From Alphaproteobacteria bacterium (GTDB lineage Bacteria > Pseudomonadota > Alphaproteobacteria > JACZXZ01), in NCBI GenBank assembly GCA_035272805.1, contig DATEQI010000597.1, positions 3,045 through 27,044 on the forward strand: DNA of 24,000 bases. The letters are read 5' to 3'. Shown piece after piece: positions 8,731 through 14,642 of this stretch (its first letter is position 1; the number at the start of each line of letters is the position of its first letter). The notes under the pieces are model-generated. The model was not told the origin of the DNA. It was given only the letters and a program-made list of their open reading frames with translations, and made no database searches. The position numbers and the translations under genes are program-made.

Positions 8731-9519
8731 ATGGCAACCCCTCCCCTCCGACCCCTCATCGGGCTCCCGGCCTGCGTGCGCGAGATCAACGGCTGGCCCT
8801 TCCATGCCTGCGGCGAGAAGTATCTCGCCGCCGTGGTGCAAGGGACCGACGGCATACCGCTGGTCATCCCAGCGCTCGGCGACGGCGACGGCCTGCCGGC
8901 ACTGGTCGCTTCTCTCGACGGCCTCATGCTGACCGGCAGCCCCTCGAACGTGGAGCCGCACCATTACGAGGGGCCGGCGAGCGTGCCCGGCACCAAGCAC
9001 GACCCCAACCGCGATGCGACCACGCTGCCGCTCATACGCGAGGCCATCCGCGCGGGCCTGCCGCTCTTTGCCATCTGCCGCGGCATCCAGGAGCTCAACG
9101 TGGCGCTCGGCGGCACGCTGCATCAGCGCGTGCAGGAGCTTCCCGGCAAGATGGACCACCGCATGCGCCGAGACGAGCCCCGCGAGGTGCAGTATGGCCC
9201 CTGTCATGCCGTCACCCTGACGGAAGGCGGCTTTCTCGCTCAGCTGACCGGGCAGCCGGAGATCATGGTCAACTCGCTGCACGCGCAGGCGATCGACCGG
9301 CCCGCACCGGGACTCGCAGTCGAGGCGGTCTCCTTGGACGGCATCATCGAGGCGGTGAGCGTCAAGGGTGCGTCGACCTTCGCCCTGGGGGTGCAGTGGC
9401 ATCCCGAGTGGAAGGTGCTGGAGAACCCCGTCAGTTGCGCCCTCTTCCGCGCCTTCGGCGACGCCGCCCGGGCAAGGGCCCAAGCCCGCGCGCGCGGACA
9501 GATCGGCATCGCCGCCTAG
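8731..9519 (+). CDS. class-I glutamine amidotransferase / gamma-glutamyl-GABA hydrolase (PuuD, peptidase C26) family protein (262 aa)
   Basis: ORF 8383..9519, with the homologous part starting at ATG 8731 (MATPPLRPLIGLPACV...). Family blocks are LMLTGSPSNVEPHHY, the nucleophile elbow FAICRGIQELNVALGGTLHQ, VNSLHAQAI and GVQWHPEW. Confidence 0.8.
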   Translation: MATPPLRPLIGLPACVREINGWPFHACGEKYLAAVVQGTDGIPLVIPALGDGDGLPALVASLDGLMLTGSPSNVEPHHYEGPASVPGTKHDPNRDATTLPLIREAIRAGLPLFAICRGIQELNVALGGTLHQRVQELPGKMDHRMRRDEPREVQYGPCHAVTLTEGGFLAQLTGQPEIMVNSLHAQAIDRPAPGLAVEAVSLDGIIEAVSVKGASTFALGVQWHPEWKVLENPVSCALFRAFGDAARARAQARARGQIGIAA

Positions 9520-9660
9520 GGCCTTCGGGCTCGGCGCGAAACCTCTTGCCGCCGCCGCCCCGCGCGCTTGGCATTCTCAGGGCCGCACGCATGACCGCGT
9601 GCGCCAAGCTTGCGAAATGTTAAGCGCTGCGCGAGCCGCATGGCTGGGCGTCGGACCCGT

Positions 9661-9690
9661 CATGACGAAGGCGATTCTTTAACCCTATCT
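9661..9690 (+). promoter_or_regulatory. sigma-70-type promoter candidate (alphaproteobacterial CTTGAC-N17-CTATAT style)
   Basis: -35 is CATGAC (9661-9666), followed by an 18-nt spacer and -10 CTATCT (9685-9690) in a locally AT-rich patch. The predicted start site falls at the 5' edge of the hairpin element that begins at 9692. Confidence 0.3.
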
Positions 9691-9691
9691 T

Positions 9692-9820
9692 ATAGGCGAG
9701 CGACCGGCCGGCCACTCCGGTGGCGCCGGTCGCCCGAGGGCAGCTCCCCTGGTGCCCTCGGGCTCCCTACGGAGCTCCAGAACGCCCGGTCAGGCCCCCC
9801 TAGACCGGGCGTTCGCCTAT
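9692..9820 (+). other. ~129-nt GC-rich multi-hairpin element (candidate structured 5' leader or REP/mosaic-type intergenic element)
   Basis: The closing helix is ATAGGCG (9692-9698) with CGCCTAT (9814-9820). H1 pairs 9701-9708 with 9725-9732, plus an inner GCCAC/GTGGC helix capped by a UCCG tetraloop. H2 pairs CCCGAGGGC (9733-9741) with GCCCTCGGG (9754-9762). H3 is CTCC-ctac-GGAG (9763-9774). H4 pairs AACGCCCGGTC (9781-9791) with GACCGGGCGTT (9803-9813). Confidence 0.4.
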
Positions 9821-9920
9821 GCGCGTCCCGCCGCGGCCGCCCGGCTTGAAATATCGCTGTCCGCCGCATAGCTTGCCGGCGAAGGACGGCTCCCGTCCGC
9901 GCGCGGCATCGAGGCCCTAC

Positions 9921-10949
9921 ATGGCTTTCACGGCTCGCCTTCGTCAGCACGACCGCGCCATTGCCGTGGCGGCGGGCGAGACCATCCTCGCGGCAGCGCT
10001 CGCGGCCGAGGTGCCCTATCCCCACGGTTGCCAGTCCGGCAACTGCGGCGCCTGCAAATCGCGCCTCTATGCCGGCGAGGTCGAGATGATGCCCTATTCC
10101 GCCTATGCCTTGAGCGGGGAGGAGAAGGCTCAGGGGCTCATTCTCGCGTGCCGCGCCATGCCCTGTTCCGACGTCGAGGTGGGCTGGCTCGAGAGCGAGG
10201 AGACCGTGATGCATCCCTTGCGCCTCTTGAGCTGCCGCGTGGCGGCCCTCGACAGCGTCACCCACGACATCAAGCGCGTGCGTCTCGAGGTCCTGTCCGG
10301 CGGGCCGTTCAGCTTTTCCGCCGGGCAATATGCCCGCGTGAGCTTCCGCGGCCAGCCCGCGCGCGACTATTCCATGGCCAATATGCCGACCGAGGCGCCG
10401 CTCGAGTTTCACATCCGCCATCTCTCTGGCGGGCGCTCGTCGCGCTACGTCGCGGAGCGTTTGGCGCTTGGCGACGAGGTAACGGTCGAGGGCCCGTTCG
10501 GCACGTCCTATTGGCGCGCGCGCCACATCGGCCCCATCCTCGCGCTCGCCGGCGGCTCGGGCCTGGCCCCCATCAAGTCGATCGTCGAGACCGCACTCCT
10601 CCACGGCATCACCCAGCCGATCGAGCTTTATTTCGGCGTGCGCGACGAGCGCGACCTCTATCTCGAGGACCATTTCGCCGGCCTAGCCGCGCGCCATCCC
10701 CATCTCAGCTTTGTCCCGGTGCTGAGCCAGCCGAGCCGGGCGACGCCGCGGCGCACCGGCCTGTTGCATGAGGCCGTGCGCGCGGATCACGCCAGCGTCG
10801 CGGGCTGGAAGGCCTATCTCGCGGGGCCGCCGGCCATGGTCGAAGCGGCGAGCGCCATGTTGGCCGAGTGCCACATGGCGCCGGAGGACATCCACGCCGA
10901 CGCCTTCTATACTGAGGCGGAGAAGGCGGCGCTGCCGCTCACGGCCTGA
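9921..10949 (+). CDS. 2Fe-2S ferredoxin / FAD-NAD(P)H oxidoreductase fusion (FNR-like reductase component, 342 aa)
   Basis: ORF 9819..10949, with the start at ATG 9921. The N-terminus has plant-type ferredoxin cysteines (C-QSGN-C-GA-C...C). These are followed by the FNR-type FAD motif RDYSMAN and the NAD(P) motif LAGGSGLAPIKS. The architecture matches oxygenase reductases and CDP-6-deoxy-3,4-glucoseen reductase-like proteins. Confidence 0.8.
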   Translation: MAFTARLRQHDRAIAVAAGETILAAALAAEVPYPHGCQSGNCGACKSRLYAGEVEMMPYSAYALSGEEKAQGLILACRAMPCSDVEVGWLESEETVMHPLRLLSCRVAALDSVTHDIKRVRLEVLSGGPFSFSAGQYARVSFRGQPARDYSMANMPTEAPLEFHIRHLSGGRSSRYVAERLALGDEVTVEGPFGTSYWRARHIGPILALAGGSGLAPIKSIVETALLHGITQPIELYFGVRDERDLYLEDHFAGLAARHPHLSFVPVLSQPSRATPRRTGLLHEAVRADHASVAGWKAYLAGPPAMVEAASAMLAECHMAPEDIHADAFYTEAEKAALPLTA

Positions 10950-10966
10950 GCGATCAAGAGAGGGTC

Positions 10967-11161
10967 ATGACGGTAGAGCGCATCGAGGTCCATACCGCAC
11001 GCGAGCTCATGCAGCAGCCGGAGGAATATCAGGCGGCGGTGCGCAAGATCGTGATCAGCCACGCGATCAACGAGCTCTATGGTGCGGAGGTGTTCGACGA
11101 GCCGGCGATCGCGCATGCGGCCGGCCTCGGCCTCGAGTTGCCGGCAATGGACGCCGCCTGA
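10967..11161 (+). CDS. small hypothetical protein (64 aa), possibly the 5' remnant of a ferritin-like oxygenase partner
   Basis: The ATG lies 18 nt after the reductase stop and is preceded by AGAGAGGG. Third-position GC is high, as in neighbouring genes. The segment IVISHAINELYGAEVFDEP resembles the first metal-ligand helix of ferritin-like di-iron proteins (PaaA/MiaE style). This is recognition by eye only. Confidence 0.4.
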   Translation: MTVERIEVHTARELMQQPEEYQAAVRKIVISHAINELYGAEVFDEPAIAHAAGLGLELPAMDAA

Positions 11162-11177
11162 GTCTCGCGCAGCCTCC

Positions 11178-11969
11178 ATGCGCATCGTAACTTGGAACAT
11201 CAATTCGGTCCGCCTGCGCATCGGCCTCCTCGAGCGGCTCATCGCGGAGAGCGATCCCGACGTCCTGTGCCTTCAGGAGACCAAGGTCCAGGACATGCAA
11301 TTCCCGCTTCTGCCCTTGGTACGGCTCGGCTATGAGCACCAGCTCATCCACGGCATGAAGTCCTACAACGGGGTTGCCATCCTCTCGCGCGTGCCGCTCA
11401 AGGAGACGGGGAAGATGGGCTGGTGCGAGAAGGAGGATTGCCGGCACGCCTTTGCCACGCTGCCGGGTGGCATCGAGCTCCACAACTACTACATTCCCGC
11501 GGGCGGCGATATTCCGGACCCCTCGGCCAATCCCAAGTTCGCCCATAAGCTGCGCTTCCTCTCCGAGATCGTCGCCTGGTGGGAGGGTCGGCAAAAGCCG
11601 CGGCGCAAGGCGATCCTCCTGGGCGACCTCAACATCGCCCCGCTCGAGACGGACGTGTGGTCGCACAAGGCGCTCCTCGACGTGGTGAGTCACACGCCGA
11701 TCGAGGTCGCGTGGCTCGACAAGCTCCAGGCGGCGCATGGCTTCATCGATGCCGTTCGGCGCTTCGTGCCGCCCTCTGAGAAGCTTTACAGCTGGTGGAG
11801 CTATCGCGCGGCCGATTGGCGGGCCGCGGACCGCGGCCGGCGGCTCGACCACATCTGGGTGACGCCGGCATTGGGCGGCCGACTCAAGGCCGCCGCCATC
11901 CTCAAGGACGCGCGCGGCTGGGAGCCGCCCTCCGACCACGCCCCCGTGCTCGTCGAGCTCGCGGAGTGA
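11178..11969 (+). CDS. xthA: exodeoxyribonuclease III (263 aa)
   Basis: ORF 11079..11969, with the start at ATG 11178. MRIVTWNINSVRLR...DVLCLQETK...GDLNIAP...SDHAPV are the EEP-family/Xth hallmark blocks. Confidence 0.9.
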   Translation: MRIVTWNINSVRLRIGLLERLIAESDPDVLCLQETKVQDMQFPLLPLVRLGYEHQLIHGMKSYNGVAILSRVPLKETGKMGWCEKEDCRHAFATLPGGIELHNYYIPAGGDIPDPSANPKFAHKLRFLSEIVAWWEGRQKPRRKAILLGDLNIAPLETDVWSHKALLDVVSHTPIEVAWLDKLQAAHGFIDAVRRFVPPSEKLYSWWSYRAADWRAADRGRRLDHIWVTPALGGRLKAAAILKDARGWEPPSDHAPVLVELAE

Positions 11970-12026
11970 GGGCGGGCGCGAGCGGCGGCGGCGGTGCTGG
12001 ACAATCGGCCCCGGTCTATGTTATGT

Positions 12027-12063
12027 GTTACGTTACTCGTAACAGCCACGGCATAGTGCCGTG
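12027..12063 (+). promoter_or_regulatory. two inverted repeats in the higBA promoter region (candidate HigA operators)
   Basis: GTTACG-ttact-CGTAAC spans 12027-12043. CACGGCA-tag-TGCCGTG spans 12047-12063, and its right arm contains the higB GTG start at 12061. The local sequence is AT-richer (TATGTTATGTGTTACG). Confidence 0.3.
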
Positions 12064-12342
12064 ATCAAGAGTTTTGCCGACAGCGACACGGCGGCACTCT
12101 ATGCCGGGCGTGAGGTGCGGCGATTTCGCGGCTATCGCATTCAGGCCGAGCGGCGTTTGGCGATCCTGCGAAACGCCAAGAGACTCGGCGATCTTGCCGG
12201 ATTGCGCAGCAACCGTCTCGAAGCGTTATCGGGAGGGCGCGCCGGGCAGTACAGCATCCGGGTGAACAGGCAATACCGGGTCTGCTTTCGCTGGTTCGAC
12301 AATAACGCCTACGATGTGGAGATCGTGGATTACCATCGTTGA
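12061..12342 (+). CDS. higB: HigB toxin (RelE/ParE superfamily, plasmid-maintenance killer type, 93 aa)
   Basis: MIKSFADSDTAALYAGREVRRF...LEALSGGRAGQYSIRVNRQYRVCFRWFDNNAYDVEIVDYH matches the HigB-type pattern (MIKSF..., L.G...G.WS[IV]RVN..[WY]R[IV].F.[WF]....A.DV...DYH). It has a GTG start. Toxin-first gene order is typical of hig loci. Confidence 0.85.
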   Translation: MIKSFADSDTAALYAGREVRRFRGYRIQAERRLAILRNAKRLGDLAGLRSNRLEALSGGRAGQYSIRVNRQYRVCFRWFDNNAYDVEIVDYHR

Positions 12343-12393
12343 ATCCGTTCGGCCATCGGCCCCGGGGACTATGTCGGCAGCAATGGGGAAGCC

Positions 12394-12729
12394 ATGACGA
12401 GCAAGAAAAAGGCGACGACGAGCTCCGCGCGGGAACCGGTCTTCGCAATGCGGCCGGTGCATCCGGGCGAGATTTTGCGCGATGAGATGGCCGAGCTGGA
12501 ACTTACGGCCAGGGCCCTCGGCCGCGCCCTCGATATCCCGGCCAACCGCGTGACGCAAATTCTCAAGGGGCAGCGCGCCGTGACGGCGGATACCGCGTTG
12601 CGGCTCGGCCGGTATTTCCGGACGTCGCCCGATTTCTGGCTCGGCCTGCAGAAGGATTACGAGCTGCGCCGGGCTGCCGACGAAGTGGGTGCCGCGATCG
12701 CGGCGAAAGTCCGTCCGCGCGCCGCTTGA
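12394..12729 (+). CDS. higA: HigA antitoxin (XRE-family HTH, 111 aa; alternative start at ATG 12448)
   Basis: PVHPGEILRDEMAELELTARALGRALDIPANRVTQILKGQRAVTADTALRLGRYFRTSPDFWLGLQKDYEL is the canonical HigA/VapI HTH core. It lies immediately downstream of higB. Confidence 0.85.
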   Translation: MTSKKKATTSSAREPVFAMRPVHPGEILRDEMAELELTARALGRALDIPANRVTQILKGQRAVTADTALRLGRYFRTSPDFWLGLQKDYELRRAADEVGAAIAAKVRPRAA

Positions 12730-13062
12730 GCAGCCGCTCGCCTGCTTTCAGCCGCGTCTTCCGGCCGTCGCGCGTGCAATGTTCGATCAGCCCGCGAATC
12801 GTGCGGGTGACGCCGGGCCGGCCCGCGGCGCCCATTCGGCGATGCGCTCGCGCACCGGATTGACGACCGCCAGCTCGACCCATTCGCCGCGTGCGCCGAA
12901 ATCCGCCCCATCGGCTCGAGCATTCGGATCGCGGTAATAATAGCCGGCTCGCCGCCGACCGGAGACGGTGACCGTGGCTGCCCCTTCCTCGATGAGCCCA
13001 TGGGACGGGGGCGGCTAGACGGGCGAATTGGGGATGGCAGTGGGGATCGCGAAGTCGCTCAT
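12730..13062 (-). pseudogene. decayed coding remnant (in-frame TAG plus at least one frameshift), function unknown
   Basis: ATG at 13062-13060 overlaps (ATGA) the stop of the 67-aa ORF upstream of it. It reads MSDFAIPTAIPNSPV, then TAG (13017-13015), then PPPSHGLIEEGAATVTVSGRRRAGYYYRDPNARADGADFGARGEWVELAVVNPVRERIAEW..., ending at TGA 12789-12787. Protein-like sequence then continues in another frame (GVTRTIRGLIEHCTRDGRKTRLKAGERLLK) and runs into the 3' end of higA. I recognise no family. Confidence 0.3.
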
Positions 13063-13262
13063 CCGCGTTTCGTTGCCCTTGATCGAGCTTCTTTCGTATC
13101 GGAATGAAATTTATTGCGGGGCGTCAGGCCATGCTGATCCAACGCGAACGCCACCTTCCGTTCCCGGTTCGAAATTTTGCGATGGCCTTCGAACCGCTGT
13201 GCCGTCTCGTCGAGGCTTCTGACGATTACATCCACCATTTTCTTGTCCGTAAGCCGTGTCAT
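13059..13262 (-). CDS. small hypothetical protein (67 aa), first gene of a decayed bicistron
   Basis: MTRLTDKKMVDVIVRSLDETAQRFEGHRKISNRERKVAFALDQHGLTPRNKFH... sits in a patch of locally lower GC (13030-13260). Its stop overlaps the next ATG (ATGA), as in TA-type pairs. I recognise no family. Confidence 0.35.
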   Translation of the reverse strand: MTRLTDKKMVDVIVRSLDETAQRFEGHRKISNRERKVAFALDQHGLTPRNKFHSDTKEARSRATKRG

Positions 13263-13379
13263 CCTATAGCCTCTTCGATCGGCGCCCGGCGCCCGTGCTC
13301 ATACACCACGGGTGGCACCGGATCGCGGCGAGTGCGCATCCCGATGGGGAATGCTAGGATCGCTGCCGAGGAGTTTCGC

Positions 13380-13634
13380 ATGGACGACAAGGTTAACGTG
13401 ACCATTCCGGTCGAACCCGAGGCTGCGGCGGCGCTTGCGGACGCGCGCAATCGCGAGGCAGTCGGTCGGCTGGTCAGCCGCGTGCTCCGGCCGCAGGCAG
13501 GCCCGAGCCCACTCGCGCGAGCCATCGCCGAGATGAAGGCTGATGCGCGGGCAGCCGGCTTGGCCGATGCCGACATCGATGCCGAGCTTGCGGCGTACAA
13601 TGCCGAGCGGCGCAAACCCACCGCAACCGATTGA
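13380..13634 (+). CDS. small antitoxin-like protein (84 aa), apparently orphan
   Basis: ORF 13104..13634, with the likely start at ATG 13380 after GAGGAG. MDDKVNVTIPVEPEAAAALADARNREAVGRLVSRVL...ADADIDAELAAYNAERRK resembles the small acidic-tailed antitoxins that pair with PIN toxins in Rhizobiales-type genomes. This is recognition by eye, not verified. Confidence 0.45.
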   Translation: MDDKVNVTIPVEPEAAAALADARNREAVGRLVSRVLRPQAGPSPLARAIAEMKADARAAGLADADIDAELAAYNAERRKPTATD

Positions 13635-13680
13635 TCGTCTTCGACGCCGCCGCGCCCCTTGAGCGCCGCCGCTGCTCCGC

Positions 13681-14169
13681 TCACTCCACGCGATACATGA
13701 AATAGCGCCCGGGCTCGAGCTCGCCGGGAAGCTCGAGCTCGCGCCATGCCGGGTGCGGCATGGGCTGGTCGCCGAGCACGACCCCGCCCGCTGCCATGAG
13801 CGGGGCGAGGAGCGGGGCAATCTCGGCGGCGAGCGCCCGGCTCGCCTCCGGGCTGTGCGAGCCGATGTCGCAGTGGGCGAGGGCCGCCTTGGCGCCGAGG
13901 TGCTTAAGTGCGCTCGGCAGCGTGTCGCGAAAGTCGCCTTGAATGAAATGCCCGGCGTCGGGGCGCGAGCTCGGGTGTGCCGCGAGCTCGCGGTCGAAGA
14001 CGAAGATCTCGCGGCCCCCGAGGCGCTCGCGCAAATGGTCGTAGGTGCGGCCGTTGCCGAGCCCGAGCTCGAGGACCGGGCCCGGAAGGGCTGCGATGAG
14101 CTTGGCCGCGTGGTCGATCGTGGCGCGTTGGGCGAGGAGGCGCCGGATGAAGCTGTCGAGCCGGCTCAA
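13681..14169 (-). CDS. small class-I SAM-dependent methyltransferase-like protein (162 aa)
   Basis: LELGLGNGRTYDHL (GxGxG SAM motif I), followed by an acidic FVFDRE (motif II-like). The size and sequence are reminiscent of the short stand-alone 'Methyltransf_17'-type family (from memory). Its TTG start overlaps the upstream stop (TTGA). Confidence 0.6.
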   Translation of the reverse strand: MSRLDSFIRRLLAQRATIDHAAKLIAALPGPVLELGLGNGRTYDHLRERLGGREIFVFDRELAAHPSSRPDAGHFIQGDFRDTLPSALKHLGAKAALAHCDIGSHSPEASRALAAEIAPLLAPLMAAGGVVLGDQPMPHPAWRELELPGELEPGRYFMYRVE

Positions 14170-14624
14170 TGGTGCTCCGCGTGATCGACCGCGTCGCGCA
14201 ATTGATGCGTGGTGCGCTCGAGGCGGTCGGCGAGCACGCGCATGATCTCGATCCCCATCTGGGGGAATTCGGTGATCAGCTTGAAGAAGAGCTCCTTCGA
14301 GATGCGCAAGGTGACGAGCTCGCTTTTCGCCTTCACGGTCGCGGTGCGCGGCACATCGCAGAGAATCGCGATTTCGCCCACGATATCATTGCGCCCGAGC
14401 TTGGCGACCACGAGCGGCCCCGCCGGTGTGTCGACGACCACATCGGCCTCGCCGGAGAGGATGATGTAGGCGGCGTCTCCCGGGTCGCCCTGATGAAAGA
14501 GCACCTGGTCGGCATGGTAGGTGAGGCGTTCCGAGGTGAAGGCGAGCAGCTTGAGCTTCGAGGCCTCGATTTTCCCGAAGAGCGGGATGTTGCGCAGGAT
14601 GTCGACTTCTTCCTTGAGACTCAT
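14166..14624 (-). CDS. stand-alone cyclic-nucleotide-binding (CAP effector-type) domain protein (152 aa), no output domain
   Basis: LFGKIEASKLKLLAF...FHQGDPGDAAYIILSGEADVVV...GRNDIVGEIAILCDVPRTATVKA contains the phosphate-binding cassette G-E-[IL]-A...R-[ST]-A with the cNMP-contacting Arg retained. There is no HTH or other effector domain. A GGAGG Shine-Dalgarno lies 6 nt upstream, and the ATG is 18 nt after the ABC gene stop. Confidence 0.85.
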   Translation of the reverse strand: MSLKEEVDILRNIPLFGKIEASKLKLLAFTSERLTYHADQVLFHQGDPGDAAYIILSGEADVVVDTPAGPLVVAKLGRNDIVGEIAILCDVPRTATVKAKSELVTLRISKELFFKLITEFPQMGIEIMRVLADRLERTTHQLRDAVDHAEHH

Positions 14625-14642
14625 CTTGACCTCCAGCCCGCC

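Noticed and set aside
6677-8737. 686-aa - strand ORF spanning the ftsK end, both lolA copies and the intergenic DNA
   Set aside because: It crosses three + strand genes and two intergenic regions and has an Arg/Ala-rich composition. Its internal pseudo-repeat merely mirrors the lolA duplication on the other strand.
9692-9820. Assignment of the hairpin element to a known RNA class (cobalamin, glycine, guanidine-I/II/III, ZTP, fluoride, SAM-II, Moco, SRP/4.5S, tmRNA)
   Set aside because: None of the conserved core sequences I know for these classes is present. Only a short CCCGGUCAGG similarity to SRP/guanidine-III-like strings was seen, without the rest of the motif. I leave it as unclassified.
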